64,000 bases of DNA, from assembly GCA_965657355.1 (NCBI GenBank), contig CBFHOE010000002.1:1-64000 (forward strand), given 5' to 3'. Made by a program: the position numbers and the translations under genes. Below are positions 40,398-51,960 of the stretch, in pieces (within the stretch, counting starts at the first letter, position 1; every line of letters begins with the position of its first letter). This DNA comes from Limisphaerales bacterium (GTDB taxonomy: Bacteria; Verrucomicrobiota; Verrucomicrobiia; Limisphaerales; JAJOIW01). A model generated the notes under the pieces. It ran no database searches. It was given only the letters and a program-made list of their open reading frames with translations, and was not told the DNA's origin.

Positions 40398-40766
40398 ATG
40401 ATAATTAAATGGGGCTCACCATTCATTCTATCCGTTCTCTTTTTTTGGGGATGTGGAAAAGAAAGCCAGAAAGATTCGAGCGCTTCCGGAGCGTCGACAG
40501 AATCTCAAAGCAACGCCATTTCTGCACCAGTAGATTATTTGGGAGCAGTAGCAAATGCCAAGAAAAGCATGGAGGGCAAACTTGCGCTCTCTCAGCTTTC
40601 TCAAGCCGTGCAGAATTACCAGATTGAGAATGGAGAATTTCCTATTAGTTTAGACGCTTTGCTACAATCTGATCATCTAACAAGATTACCAAAGGTTCCG
40701 TATCGAACGAAACTGTCATATGACCCTAAAACCGGAGTTGTTGATATCGTTGCGGAGAATCAATAA
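40398..40766 (+). CDS. Lipoprotein with a pseudopilin (GspG)-head-like domain
   Basis: Lipobox FWGC, Ser/Ala linker, 'LSQAVQNYQIENGEFPISLDAL...LPKVP...LSYDP'. Start placed at ATG 40398. Confidence 0.65.
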   Translation: MIIKWGSPFILSVLFFWGCGKESQKDSSASGASTESQSNAISAPVDYLGAVANAKKSMEGKLALSQLSQAVQNYQIENGEFPISLDALLQSDHLTRLPKVPYRTKLSYDPKTGVVDIVAENQ

Positions 40767-40859
40767 AAAATAAAAAAACCTCTCCCCTACTTCTTTTTTG
40801 GTGCCTGCATATTTTGAGTGCCATTAAAGGGTTAACACTTATCATTTTCGAAAACCAAT

Positions 40860-42398
40860 ATGGATCAAATAGTCATCCTCGATTTTGGAAGTCAGTACAC
40901 ACAGGTCATTGCAAGAAGGATAAGAGAAGAAAAAGTCTATTGTTCTATTTTGCCATTTGATACTTCCATCAGAGAAATAAAAAGATTAAATCCCAAGGGT
41001 ATTATATTGTCCGGAGGGCCTTCCAGTGTTTTTGCAACCAAAGCACCGAAACCCAGTAAAAAAATATTTGAACTCGGTTGTCCTATTTTGGGAATTTGCT
41101 ACGGGCTTCAGCTCATGGGTCATATGCTTGGTGGTTTGGTCGAAAAGACTACCAAGCGTGAATTCGGAAAGGGCTCATTAAAAATAACCGATAGCCAGTC
41201 AATACTTACGAAAGGACTGGGTAAAAAAACGCAAGTATGGAACTCGCATGGAGATAAGGTCTCAGGTCTCCCCAAAGGATTTAAAGCGATCGCTGTTACT
41301 GAAAATTCAGACCATGCTATTATAGCTAACGAGAGCAAACAATTTTTTGGACTCCAGTTTCACCCTGAGGTTGCACATACCCCAAAAGGGAAAATCATAC
41401 TCAAAAATTTTATTATCAAGATTTGTCAGTGCAAAACTGACTGGACGATGAAATCATTTATTGACCATTCAGTTGAAGAGATTAGATCAACGGTTGGAGA
41501 TGCCCACGTCATATTAGGCTTGAGCGGTGGAGTAGATTCAAGTGTAGCTGCAGCGCTGATTCATAAAGCCATTGGCAATCAACTCACCTGCATATTTGTG
41601 AATAACGGACTTTTGAGAGGTAATGAAGCGCAAGCGGTTAAAGACTTATTTGGGCGCAATTTTAAGATGAGGCTCCAATATGAGAATGCAACTTCACAAT
41701 TTTTGACAAAGTTAAAAGGAGTAAAAAGCCCCGAAAAAAAACGTAAAATTATTGGTAATACTTTTATAAAGGTTTTCGAAGACGCGACCAAGAGAGCAGG
41801 AAAGGCTAAATTTTTAGCTCAAGGCACACTTTACCCAGATGTCATTGAGTCTGTTCCAATCGATGGAAACCCTGCAGCCTTGATCAAAAGTCATCACAAT
41901 GTAGGGGGACTACCCGAGAAAATGAAATTTGAACTACTTGAGCCGCTCAAGTGCCTTTTCAAGGATGAGGTTAGAAAGCTTGGTTTGGAGCTCGGACTTC
42001 CAAAGGAAGTTGTTTTCAGACAACCGTTCCCCGGACCAGGGCTCGCCGTCAGGATTCTGGGCGATATTACAAGGAATCGCCTTAGAATCCTTCGCGAAGC
42101 CGATACCATCATAATTCAAGAAATGAAAAAGAGCGGATGGTATTACAAGATTTGGCAAAGCTTTGGAGTTTTACTTCCAATCAAGTCGGTTGGAGTTATG
42201 GGAGATGAGCGCACGTATGAAAATACTATTGCCATCCGCATGGTTGAATCAAGTGATGGAATGACAGCTGATTGGGTGAAGCTTCCTTATGAACTTCTTG
42301 AAACAATGAGTAATAGAATCATTAATGAAGTAAAGGGAATTAATAGAGTCACCTACGATATCTCATCAAAACCTCCAGCTACTATCGAGTGGGAGTAG
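40860..42398 (+). CDS. guaA: GMP synthase (glutamine-hydrolysing)
   Basis: [56 protein letters not shown]. Confidence 0.98.
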   Translation: MDQIVILDFGSQYTQVIARRIREEKVYCSILPFDTSIREIKRLNPKGIILSGGPSSVFATKAPKPSKKIFELGCPILGICYGLQLMGHMLGGLVEKTTKREFGKGSLKITDSQSILTKGLGKKTQVWNSHGDKVSGLPKGFKAIAVTENSDHAIIANESKQFFGLQFHPEVAHTPKGKIILKNFIIKICQCKTDWTMKSFIDHSVEEIRSTVGDAHVILGLSGGVDSSVAAALIHKAIGNQLTCIFVNNGLLRGNEAQAVKDLFGRNFKMRLQYENATSQFLTKLKGVKSPEKKRKIIGNTFIKVFEDATKRAGKAKFLAQGTLYPDVIESVPIDGNPAALIKSHHNVGGLPEKMKFELLEPLKCLFKDEVRKLGLELGLPKEVVFRQPFPGPGLAVRILGDITRNRLRILREADTIIIQEMKKSGWYYKIWQSFGVLLPIKSVGVMGDERTYENTIAIRMVESSDGMTADWVKLPYELLETMSNRIINEVKGINRVTYDISSKPPATIEWE

Positions 42399-42465
42399 AA
42401 AAGTGATATAGATATGAGTTTTCTACTCACTCATGAACACCTATTAAGAGACAAAAGAAGTTGAT

Positions 42466-43716
42466 ATGAATCAATCCAGGTTTTTAAAATACGAAATTTC
42501 AAAGAGAATTAGGAAACAATTCGGAAGCCCAGTTTATGTCTATGATGAAAAAACCATAAAAAGCAATGCCCAAGCCGCGCTAAATTTTCCAAATTCTTTT
42601 GGTCTCACTGTTAGGTATGCCATGAAGGCAAGCCCCAACGCATCACTACTTAGAAGATTTAAAGCACTTGGAGTAAATATAGATGCTTCATCAGGTTTTG
42701 AAGTTCTGCGAGCTTTTCGGGCTGGCTATTCTGGTGAGGAAATATCCTTGAGCTCACAGGAATGGTATGATGATTTTCAATTAATTCATGACAAGGGCAT
42801 TAAGTTCAACGCCTGCTCATTATCGCAGCTTGAGAATTTTGGTCAGTTAAACCCAGAGGGAACTTTAGGAATACGTTTCAACCCAGGCCAAGGCTCCGGT
42901 GGAACAGGAAAAACGAATGTGGGTGGGCCTGATTCAAGCTTTGGTATTTGGTATGAGTTGATGCCAGAAGTGCTGAGGATAGTCTCGAAATATAACCTGA
43001 AGGTTGAAAGAATTCATACACACATAGGTTCGGGCAGTGATCCAGAAGTATGGCAAAAGGTCTCGAAATTAAGCATTGATATTATCCGTAAATTTCCAGA
43101 TGCCAAGATTCTCAATTTGGGTGGAGGATTTAAAATTGGACGTATGCCAGATGAGACAACCACAGATCTTCAGGTCGTTGGGAAGCCTGTGGCAGAGGCC
43201 TTTCTCGCCTTTGAGAAAGAAACAGGCAGAAAATTACACCTCGAGATCGAACCCGGGACTTGGTTAATAGGAAATGCATGTAGCATTCTTGCGACAGTGA
43301 AGGACATAGTCTCTACTGGTGAATCCGGTCATAAATTTATCAAAACCGACACGGGCATGACGGAAATACTTCGACCTTCACTTTACGCGGCGCAGCACCC
43401 GATTCACGTATTAAAATCAGGCGAGAAAGAGACGGAAAATTACATAGTTGTCGGCCACTGTTGCGAATCAGGGGATTTACTCACTCCTTCTCACTCAGAC
43501 CCTGAAAAATTGCAGGAGAGAGAACTGCTCAAAGCTAACATCGGAGATCTGTTGGTCATAGACGGAGCGGGCGCATACTGTTCTTCAATGAGTGCAAAAA
43601 ATTATAATACTTACCCCGAGGCAGCAGAAGTCATTCTGCTGGAAAACGGAGACACAGAGTTAATTCGTAAAAGGCAAACATTAGACCAAATTCTTCAAAA
43701 TGAGGTTCAAGCTTAA
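42466..43716 (+). CDS. lysA: Diaminopimelate decarboxylase
   Basis: YAMKA (PLP Lys), [28 protein letters not shown]. Confidence 0.88.
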   Translation: MNQSRFLKYEISKRIRKQFGSPVYVYDEKTIKSNAQAALNFPNSFGLTVRYAMKASPNASLLRRFKALGVNIDASSGFEVLRAFRAGYSGEEISLSSQEWYDDFQLIHDKGIKFNACSLSQLENFGQLNPEGTLGIRFNPGQGSGGTGKTNVGGPDSSFGIWYELMPEVLRIVSKYNLKVERIHTHIGSGSDPEVWQKVSKLSIDIIRKFPDAKILNLGGGFKIGRMPDETTTDLQVVGKPVAEAFLAFEKETGRKLHLEIEPGTWLIGNACSILATVKDIVSTGESGHKFIKTDTGMTEILRPSLYAAQHPIHVLKSGEKETENYIVVGHCCESGDLLTPSHSDPEKLQERELLKANIGDLLVIDGAGAYCSSMSAKNYNTYPEAAEVILLENGDTELIRKRQTLDQILQNEVQA

Positions 43717-43771
43717 TGCCTTGATTACCTTTTATTAGCCATGGCTCTATTAGTGGATGAAATACCAGTTT

Positions 43772-45175
43772 CTAAAAGTCTGGCCTTAATTTTTTCTCAC
43801 CAGATTCAAAATCAAACGGTAGGAAATCTGGAAATATTTGAGTCCCGGTCGACAAAGTGATTGGGACAGGAAATTCTTCATCCTCGAATGTAAATTCAAT
43901 TATGCAGGCTTTCCATCCTTCGCTTGGGATTTTTATTTGAGTAGAATAATGACCTTTTAGGTCAGGCGTAAGTATTTTTGGCTTCCAAATTTTCCCCACT
44001 GATTCAACTCGAAAATCTCGAGCCTTTTCATTGAAAGCCGTCCAAAGAGTTACCTTGGTTGGTTGAACATTGGACCATGCCGATAAATGCCCACTTGTTT
44101 TGGCTTCCCAACGCACACTTGGAAACTCCTTATCATGAGCAATTGCATAATGAAACGAAATTATTGAATCTAAAGAATCTGAACCTTTCAAAGAATGGTC
44201 AGCATTTGGGACATAACGCAAATAACTACGCCCACTCAATTGTGTATAATAAAACCTCCATGAATCGGGAAGAAAATATTCGTCACCAGAAGCGTTGATT
44301 ATATATTTTGGCATAGTCAACCTGTCTCTTAGTTCATAAGGCTCTATTAATTGCAGAAGGGAGTTAAATTCTTTGGACCCTCTCCAACTCATGATTGAGC
44401 TTCTTGCATAATCACCAATAGCTGGTGCATAAAAGCCATATGCTGACCAGTGGTGCTCCATGGAGTCCAACAGATTGAGCATATCTATGACAATTGGAAT
44501 GATCCCTTTCACTCTTTTATCTACAGCCGCCGTGACCCACGTTGTCCAACCTCTCTTAGAGGCACCGGAAACGACGAAATTTTGTACTGATTGAATTGAA
44601 TCCGGCAGATTATTATTCACGAGATCCTGAATAGCATCCATTGCCTTGACTGCGGACTTTACCATCGGTAATCGCGGCAACCATTTTGGGTCAAGAGTTT
44701 TCAGGTAATTGTTCCAGGCGTATGCAATCAAAGCGTCCTCATAGAGGTCGCCAGATTTATTCTCGAATACCAAGGGTTGATTTGGCACCTGTTTTAAACG
44801 TGAAACAACAGTCTTTGACAATCGTGATATTTTTAGGAAATCGTCAATGTTGCTATCTTGACTTTGTTGTTTATTACTTCCACCGGTGATGAATAAGAAT
44901 CCGGTTTCCGATTCAATAATATCAGGAATTATGACAGTCAGCCAATGATCCCATTGGACACGATCAACCAGCCCCTCCGCCAACCAAAACTGAGAGGTCA
45001 ATTTTAATTCGTAAACAGAAACATCATCAAACCTCTGAACTTTGATCACGTCATAATGAAAAGCCCCGTCGTCATTATGAACATACCTATCAAGGGCAGT
45101 TTCCTCGGATGATTTTGCTGCGTAAATTGGATTAAGTAATCCCAAAAAAGTTATGACAAATAGTAGATATCTCAT
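43772..45175 (-). CDS. PqaA (PhoPQ-activated pathogenicity-related) family alpha/beta hydrolase
   Basis: Signal peptide, LTSQFW, QVPNQP, EDALIA, PMVKSAVKAMD, GASKRGWTTW, GDEYFLPD, PNADH. Confidence 0.9.
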   Translation of the reverse strand: MRYLLFVITFLGLLNPIYAAKSSEETALDRYVHNDDGAFHYDVIKVQRFDDVSVYELKLTSQFWLAEGLVDRVQWDHWLTVIIPDIIESETGFLFITGGSNKQQSQDSNIDDFLKISRLSKTVVSRLKQVPNQPLVFENKSGDLYEDALIAYAWNNYLKTLDPKWLPRLPMVKSAVKAMDAIQDLVNNNLPDSIQSVQNFVVSGASKRGWTTWVTAAVDKRVKGIIPIVIDMLNLLDSMEHHWSAYGFYAPAIGDYARSSIMSWRGSKEFNSLLQLIEPYELRDRLTMPKYIINASGDEYFLPDSWRFYYTQLSGRSYLRYVPNADHSLKGSDSLDSIISFHYAIAHDKEFPSVRWEAKTSGHLSAWSNVQPTKVTLWTAFNEKARDFRVESVGKIWKPKILTPDLKGHYSTQIKIPSEGWKACIIEFTFEDEEFPVPITLSTGTQIFPDFLPFDFESGEKKLRPDF

Positions 45176-45207
45176 TAAGGTTTGTAGGAGTCAGGTTTGG
45201 TAATTTG

Positions 45208-46068
45208 TTATTTATCGGAAAAAAATAAATGAAAGGCTCCTAGTCTGTCAGTGTTTATAAGGTCTACACCGTGATCAGTCAAAACCTCCCAGACTTCGGG
45301 CTTATCTGGTATATTCCAGAATCTTAATTTTGCCCCTAGGTTGTGGGTGGCGGCGGCAAAGCTCTTCAGCTTTTTTGACTCTGATTCAGAAAATAAGCCT
45401 TGTCCATTCCATTTGAAATGATTTGCCCAATTATCACTCACCCAAGCAACGTGTGGCCCTGAAAAATCATTTTTTTCTATATCTTTAATACGAGCATCAA
45501 AGGCAGCAAGCGATGGCTTGAGGTTAGCAATGAGTTGTGGATTTCTATTTCCGGAAATAACAATTGATACCGGATTGAGCTCTCCTGCTTTAGTTTTTAT
45601 TTTTGAGTAGTCTGTGAGAAATGATTTGTATTCCAAAAGTTTCTTGTGGAGCATTTTATAGGTCGAAGATCCTTCTGATTTAATATCAATCATAAGCCAA
45701 AAGGTTTCATCTCTATGAGCAAAATCGAATCTGGGATCAGAAATAATTTTCTTCAGTGGTTCTAAATAAAGAGCTGATAGTGATCGACCAGCTTGGACCT
45801 TATCTAAATCATGGGCAACTAGTAGCTCATTCCCAACTAAATAAACATCTGCCTCCACACTATTAAAGCCATTCTCCAAAGCATCAAGCAAAGGCCGAGG
45901 GTTCTCATAATCATTGTGTGAATGAGCAAATGCAAAGAAATTTGATTTCAATTCATCTCCCCTGTTCGGTAAAGCAGTCGAGAAGACAAATATTGCTAAA
46001 AATAGATTAAGCAAACGGTGCACGGTGCCTTTTATGTTTGATTTCATACACTTATTATTTACCAGCAA
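45208..46068 (-). CDS. Exported PLC/GDPD-like phosphodiesterase (AIM6-like)
   Basis: AHSHNDY...LLDALENGFNSVEADV, LLVAHD, LMIDIK, ISGNR, GVDLINTD. Confidence 0.82.
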   Translation of the reverse strand: MLVNNKCMKSNIKGTVHRLLNLFLAIFVFSTALPNRGDELKSNFFAFAHSHNDYENPRPLLDALENGFNSVEADVYLVGNELLVAHDLDKVQAGRSLSALYLEPLKKIISDPRFDFAHRDETFWLMIDIKSEGSSTYKMLHKKLLEYKSFLTDYSKIKTKAGELNPVSIVISGNRNPQLIANLKPSLAAFDARIKDIEKNDFSGPHVAWVSDNWANHFKWNGQGLFSESESKKLKSFAAATHNLGAKLRFWNIPDKPEVWEVLTDHGVDLINTDRLGAFHLFFSDK

Positions 46069-46086
46069 TTATCGCTGAAAAACATT

Positions 46087-48756
46087 CTAGATACTAATGC
46101 CAAATAGTAACTTAAAACGCTTGTTTATCGATTCCATTTCAGACTCAGAGCCTAAAAGTGTTGCAATTTTATACGCTGAGATTCCGGCTTTCTTGATCCA
46201 ATAAACATTCACGGATCCGGGTGAAGCGTAAAAAATTTTTCTATAATGGGAAGATGCTTTTTTTTGTAAGTTTCGTCTTTCACTACCATCAGCCATAATA
46301 GCACGTCTTTCCTCAATAATCGCCAGGCCATATCTAGCTTCCGCCTTGAGAGAATTACTGGCATCTCCCGAAGTCAGAATTTTATTAAAATGTGATTCAG
46401 CTTTTGAAAGTCTAAATTTACTTTTATCGGGTTGATTTGTATCCACATTTCGGATTAACAACCTCGCCGCGAAAGCTCTAACTTCTGCTATATTTTCACC
46501 ATCACCATAAATATTTAGAAGATCCGAGAGGACTCCATAAGAGGTCATAAAAGCATTTTCCCCAAGCTCAGGGTTATTTAAGTGAACTTCAGCTAAACTA
46601 AGATATGCTCTAATGACGGCATCACTTTGAATGGCTTCTTTATTGCTTTTCAAATCGCCTTCTATTTCGGAGATCATCTTGGTAAGTATACTCGTTGCTT
46701 GGGTATGATTCCCCAGCCTTGAATAACAAATACTTTTCTTAATTTTTGACTCCTCTATCAAACGCATATCTGTGTTATGAGTGGCTTTGATTATCACATC
46801 AAAATTTCTCAGAGCATTTTCATAATCAGCTTCGTCATAGAAATATTGCGCTATCCAGAAATGAATTTCCAACGATTTTGGGTGGTCTGGAAATTTTGAA
46901 ATAAATTGATTAAATCGATGCATCGCTTCTTCTCTTCCTTGTGTCTGCAATGTCAGATAGCAAAGTTGGTACATCACATCTGGAAGATGGCGGTGCTGGG
47001 AAAACCTTGAAATCCAATCTTCAGCTTTTGTGACGGCTAATTCCCATTCCATCTTATTAGATAGAGCATAAATGATATTTTCTTGCAATAAACCCGACAT
47101 TAGATTCGATGATGAAAAACCTAAAGCCTCGTTGAGAAGATTGATCGCCTGGTCTGGATCTTCCAGCTCTACTAAAGCCTGTGAGTAATTTAATAGGGCT
47201 TCAATCGAGGATTCATGGTCCGGGCTATTTTTTATCATATCAATCACAATATCTCGTGCTCTTCCTAGGCGCTTATCTCCAATAAAGCATTTCACATTCG
47301 CTAACTTTAAACGACCTAGTAATTGCCTGTCATTATAACCATACTTAACAAATAATTGTTCAGCAGAGGTGAAGCTACCAATGGCTTCATCATATAAATT
47401 GAGTGAAAGATGAATCTCGCCAACTTTTACGAGCGCCTCTAATTGGTTTTTTCCTGGTGGAAAAAGAGAAAATGCGGCTTCAAACTCTTCTCTTGCTGGT
47501 ATGAGCTTACCACTCACCAAGAGGCACCAGCCAAGTTGGAAACGTGCATAACCACCTAAATCCGATTTTGGAATCAGGTTGATAACGCTTTCTGATGTTG
47601 ACTGAGCGATTTTTAATGTATTGAGGGCCTCTAATGAATCCCCTGAGTCTTTTAGAACTAGATATTTTCTAAAATAAATTTGGGCCTTTGTAAAAATCAC
47701 CCAACCTTCATATTGAGTGTCGGATTGGCTTCCTGAATATTGCTCAAGCCATGTTAAAGCCTGCTCAAACTTATTTTCACTCAGAAATGTTTGAGCTATA
47801 TTTAATAATGCCTCACCTCTTATATCTGGAGCAACAGTGACTTTTATTAATGGGATTAAGCACTCCCTTGCCTTTTTATATTCCTTCAAAATCAACCAAG
47901 CTTTACTTTGGGCTAGAGCAGTTTTCCAGATCGCCTCAGAATTCCCAGTCGCTTTTGCTAATTGCTGAATGGCCTCAATTTTTTCATTCCACTTCAATCC
48001 TTTTTTATTTTCTTGGGTTTCCATAGCCGCAGTGAATTGCAAATATCTAATGGACCATAATTGAAATGGGGTCAGTCTGAAATTACTGATTTGATTAGCT
48101 AAATTAGTTAATTTCTCATACTGAGCCGACAGGTTCATAGCCTCAGCCTGGATCAAATTAAGTTCTAAAAATTGACCTGGATTTTGGGTATACAAATCAG
48201 TCAGAAACTTTTTTTGTTGTTCACTGGAAAACCACTTTTCGATAGATGCAAAATCACCATTGGCGAGCAATAAAGAAAGATAGCTTTTAACGTCTTCAAA
48301 CTGAAACCCAAACCCCTCATCGAATCGTTTATTGAATAACTCCTCAAAAGCAGCTATGGCTTCGGGTAGACTCTCTCGCCGGGTTTGCACTGCAATAAGG
48401 CATTCATAAAATTCAAATGGAATTTTATATCCAGATGATTTTATTTTTAGCAAAGTATTGAGGGTCTCAGCATCGTCACCTGACTTAAAAAGAGCATGTG
48501 AAAAAATGATCATGGAATTCACCCAAACAGTTTGATCAACTTTTTCGGGGTTTCTTAATTCATTAGATTCCTTAAACCAATCGACAACATCAGAATAGAA
48601 ACCATCCTCTACAGCTTTGGATGCAGATTTGGATAGCTCTTTTAACCGGTTATTAGCTTGCTGATCAAAGACCTGTTCTTGGCTTGGTAGTGTGACTGGG
48701 GTGAGAATTAATACCCCCAAGATGAGGATCAGCAATTTATTTATAATTTCAGACAT
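46087..48756 (-). CDS. Exported tetratricopeptide-repeat protein
   Basis: Signal peptide; many TPR-like units (ARFQLGW, ALVKVGE, KFPDHP...FWIAQYFY, AEARYGLA). Confidence 0.8.
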   Translation of the reverse strand: MSEIINKLLILILGVLILTPVTLPSQEQVFDQQANNRLKELSKSASKAVEDGFYSDVVDWFKESNELRNPEKVDQTVWVNSMIIFSHALFKSGDDAETLNTLLKIKSSGYKIPFEFYECLIAVQTRRESLPEAIAAFEELFNKRFDEGFGFQFEDVKSYLSLLLANGDFASIEKWFSSEQQKKFLTDLYTQNPGQFLELNLIQAEAMNLSAQYEKLTNLANQISNFRLTPFQLWSIRYLQFTAAMETQENKKGLKWNEKIEAIQQLAKATGNSEAIWKTALAQSKAWLILKEYKKARECLIPLIKVTVAPDIRGEALLNIAQTFLSENKFEQALTWLEQYSGSQSDTQYEGWVIFTKAQIYFRKYLVLKDSGDSLEALNTLKIAQSTSESVINLIPKSDLGGYARFQLGWCLLVSGKLIPAREEFEAAFSLFPPGKNQLEALVKVGEIHLSLNLYDEAIGSFTSAEQLFVKYGYNDRQLLGRLKLANVKCFIGDKRLGRARDIVIDMIKNSPDHESSIEALLNYSQALVELEDPDQAINLLNEALGFSSSNLMSGLLQENIIYALSNKMEWELAVTKAEDWISRFSQHRHLPDVMYQLCYLTLQTQGREEAMHRFNQFISKFPDHPKSLEIHFWIAQYFYDEADYENALRNFDVIIKATHNTDMRLIEESKIKKSICYSRLGNHTQATSILTKMISEIEGDLKSNKEAIQSDAVIRAYLSLAEVHLNNPELGENAFMTSYGVLSDLLNIYGDGENIAEVRAFAARLLIRNVDTNQPDKSKFRLSKAESHFNKILTSGDASNSLKAEARYGLAIIEERRAIMADGSERRNLQKKASSHYRKIFYASPGSVNVYWIKKAGISAYKIATLLGSESEMESINKRFKLLFGISI

Positions 48757-48879
48757 AATAGTGAAATTGGTGACATTTTAATTTGCCGGTTTTGGGGTGG
48801 CCTTCATGCAGCTGAATCCCGATGATGCGATTATAACCAAATGAACAACAAATCAAACAATCAATTTTACGCTAAAATA

Positions 48880-51837
48880 TCAAATAGGTTTGGTTGAACC
48901 TTTGGCTAGTATTTTTTTGAGATAAGAACCAGTGATACTTTCTGGTTGTCGAGAAACAAATTCAGGTGTCCCCTCTGCGACCACTTCACCACCTTTTGCG
49001 CCTCCATTCGGACCGAGATCAATGAGCCAATCAGCAGTTTTAATAACATCAAGGTTGTGCTCTATGACAAGAACAGTCCCCCCCGCCTCCCTTAATTTAA
49101 AGAAAACATCTAATAATGTTTCAACATCCCGAAAGTGAAGCCCTGTTGTGGGTTCGTCTAATATATAGAGGGTTGAGCCAACGGATTTTTTTTTCAATTC
49201 GGCTGCAAGTTTCATCCTTTGAGATTCACCCCCACTTAGTGTTGTTGCCGACTGTCCGAGTTGAAGATACCCAAGTCCGATGGAGCTCATAGTTTCACAG
49301 GTATTGAAAATCGACGGGAAGGACCTAAAAAAAGATATTGCCTCATCAATAGTCAAATCGAGAATGTCAGCAATATTCAAACCTTTATAATTAACTTCAA
49401 GAGTCTCTCGATTATATCTTTTGCCATTGCATTCTTCGCATTTAACAAATACTGGCGGTAAGAAATGCATTTCTACCTTAAGCGATCCATCCCCTTGGCA
49501 CCTTTCACATCGCCCCCCTTTATTATTAAAGGAAAAACGTCCAGGCCCGTATCCCCTTATTTTTGATGAGGGCAGCTTTGAAAACAAATCTCTTATTTCG
49601 GAGAAGATACCTGTGAATGTTGCTGGATTTGATCGAGGGGACTTTCCTATTGCCGTTTGATCAACGACGACAACTTTGTTTATGTGCTCCATGCCGGTGA
49701 TCTCGCGGTGCAAACCAACTTTCTGATTCGATTTATGGAAATATTTAAAAAGAGCTTTGCACAACACATCATTAATTAAGGTACTCTTTCCAGACCCACT
49801 GACCCCAGTGACACAAACAAACGCGCCCAGTGGAATCCTTATATCTATGTGCTTTAAGTTATTTTCATGAGCATCGAAAATATGAAGGGAGGGTCGCAAT
49901 CCTCGGCAAGGCATTCGATTTTTAGGAACTTCAATTCTACATTCACCCCTCAAATATTGAGCCGTTACCGAATCACGGCTCTTAAGCACTTGGCTTACTG
50001 GACCTGAAGCGACAATTTCACCACCCTTTTTACCTGGGCCTGGCCCGACATCGACCAAAAAGTCGGCACGCCTGATAGTGTCTTCATCATGCTCGACAAC
50101 GACAACTGAGTTCCCCTTATCCCTAAGGTCTTCAAGAGTTTTTAAAAGCCGATCATTATCTTTTTGATGGAGGCCAATACTGGGTTCATCAAGAATGTAA
50201 AGAACCCCGACTAAACCCGCTCCAATTTGTGTGGCTAATCTAATCCTCTGCGATTCCCCTCCACTGAGTGTGCCAAATTCTCTATCCAACCCCAAGTAAC
50301 CCAATCCGACATCAATTAAAAACTGTAATCGCAGTGTTATATCCTTAACGATATCCATGGCGACGTCTTTAATATTGGTTGGATATGAGATATTCTGAAA
50401 AAAATCAAAAGCTTCTTGAATAGTCAGTTTATTGACATCACAGATCGAGTATCCTGGCACTTTTTTATTCTGCGGCTTTTCCACAAACCCATGCCTGTTT
50501 ATCGTCACAGAAAGAATCTCAGGTTTTAATCGTCCACCGTGGCATGATGGGCATGTCTGAGGCCTCATGAATTTTTTTAATTTTCTCTTAGACGCCTCAC
50601 TTTCAGAGCTATTGAGTTTTTCACTTAATACCGGGATGACACCTTTAAATATGAGTTTTGACTTTGATCGAATTTTGGATCCGCCAGTCTTGTCTTTTAT
50701 AAATTGAGAAAGGTCGATGCCTTCGTCTGAATTGGAATCCCCGTAAAGAAGAAAGTCAATTTGAGTTTGGGAAAGCGCTGAAATTGTAGTCCGCTCATCG
50801 ACATTGAGGTAGTTGTAAATAGCACCAGCCAGATTATTGTAATACTGCTGCATTGCTTTCCCTGATTCTTTCCAAGGTATAACAGCCCCATCAAGAACCG
50901 ATTTATTTTTAGATGGGATAATGAGTTCTGGGTCGAAAGTTGGAATAGAGCCTAATCCCTGGCAGACTTCACAGGCTCCGAGAGGCGAATTAAAAGAGAA
51001 GTGCCGGGGCGATGGTAATTCAAATTGTTTTTGAGTAACCGGACTAACTAAGTTTAAAGAATAGTTTTTTAAATTCCAAACATTTCGATTTTCTGATCCC
51101 TTATTTTGGGTGAGCGCATAAATATACGAATCACCCAAGCGGAGAGCTGTCTCTACCGAATCCCCAAGCCTTGCTCGGTGTTTATCTCTGATGACAAGTC
51201 TGTCTACAACTATTTCAATTTGGTGTTTTTTCCTAGGGTCCAGTTTTGGTCTCGCGCTTTTTTCTGTAATCTCATAGATTTCACCATCAATTCTTGCTCT
51301 GATGAACCCTTCTCGACTCATCCTTTCCATGACGTCTTTGAATTCCCCTTTTTGGTTTTTAACAACCGGTGCAAGCAATATCAGCCGGGTATCTTCTGGA
51401 AAGGAAAGAAGATCTTGAATAATGTCTGAGGTACTATAAGCCTTGATCGGGTGTCCAGAGTCCGGGCAATGCGGTTGACCCGCATGAGCAAAAAGTAATC
51501 TTAGATAATCATAAATTTCTGTTGTCGTTGAAATGGTTGATCTTGGATTTCCAATATTGTGGCGTTGCTCAATAGCTATAGCAGGTGAAAGGCCTTCTAT
51601 GTAATCCACATCGGGCTTTTGGAGCTGGTTTAGAAATTGTCGGGCATAAGAAGAAATAGATTCAACGTATTTCCTTTGGCCCTCCGCAAAAAGAGTGTCA
51701 AATGCCAAAGAGGATTTACCTGATCCAGAGACCCCGGTAAAAACGACTAGCTGATTGCGAGGTATGGAAAGACTTATGTTTTTTAGATTATGCTCCCTCG
51801 CTCCTTGGATTCGAATATTTGCTGGCTCTCCTGACAT
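48880..51837 (-). CDS. uvrA: Excinuclease ABC subunit A
   Basis: GAREHNLKN, two GVSGSGKS Walker A motifs, two LSGGESQR, Zn fingers, LDEPTTGLH. Confidence 0.98.
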   Translation of the reverse strand: MSGEPANIRIQGAREHNLKNISLSIPRNQLVVFTGVSGSGKSSLAFDTLFAEGQRKYVESISSYARQFLNQLQKPDVDYIEGLSPAIAIEQRHNIGNPRSTISTTTEIYDYLRLLFAHAGQPHCPDSGHPIKAYSTSDIIQDLLSFPEDTRLILLAPVVKNQKGEFKDVMERMSREGFIRARIDGEIYEITEKSARPKLDPRKKHQIEIVVDRLVIRDKHRARLGDSVETALRLGDSYIYALTQNKGSENRNVWNLKNYSLNLVSPVTQKQFELPSPRHFSFNSPLGACEVCQGLGSIPTFDPELIIPSKNKSVLDGAVIPWKESGKAMQQYYNNLAGAIYNYLNVDERTTISALSQTQIDFLLYGDSNSDEGIDLSQFIKDKTGGSKIRSKSKLIFKGVIPVLSEKLNSSESEASKRKLKKFMRPQTCPSCHGGRLKPEILSVTINRHGFVEKPQNKKVPGYSICDVNKLTIQEAFDFFQNISYPTNIKDVAMDIVKDITLRLQFLIDVGLGYLGLDREFGTLSGGESQRIRLATQIGAGLVGVLYILDEPSIGLHQKDNDRLLKTLEDLRDKGNSVVVVEHDEDTIRRADFLVDVGPGPGKKGGEIVASGPVSQVLKSRDSVTAQYLRGECRIEVPKNRMPCRGLRPSLHIFDAHENNLKHIDIRIPLGAFVCVTGVSGSGKSTLINDVLCKALFKYFHKSNQKVGLHREITGMEHINKVVVVDQTAIGKSPRSNPATFTGIFSEIRDLFSKLPSSKIRGYGPGRFSFNNKGGRCERCQGDGSLKVEMHFLPPVFVKCEECNGKRYNRETLEVNYKGLNIADILDLTIDEAISFFRSFPSIFNTCETMSSIGLGYLQLGQSATTLSGGESQRMKLAAELKKKSVGSTLYILDEPTTGLHFRDVETLLDVFFKLREAGGTVLVIEHNLDVIKTADWLIDLGPNGGAKGGEVVAEGTPEFVSRQPESITGSYLKKILAKGSTKPI

Positions 51838-51960
51838 TTATAATTAGCATTGATTTTGTTTTTCTCCGGCATGTTGATTGATGGTTTGGTGCTTAGCTGG
51901 AGGAGACGGGTAAGTCAAAAAAACAAGCCCTCCTTTATTAAACAATAAGGGGATGCGTTT

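Noticed and set aside
48880..51837. Intein or intron in uvrA or polA
   Set aside because: Lengths are near typical, with only short loop insertions and no intein splice motifs seen.
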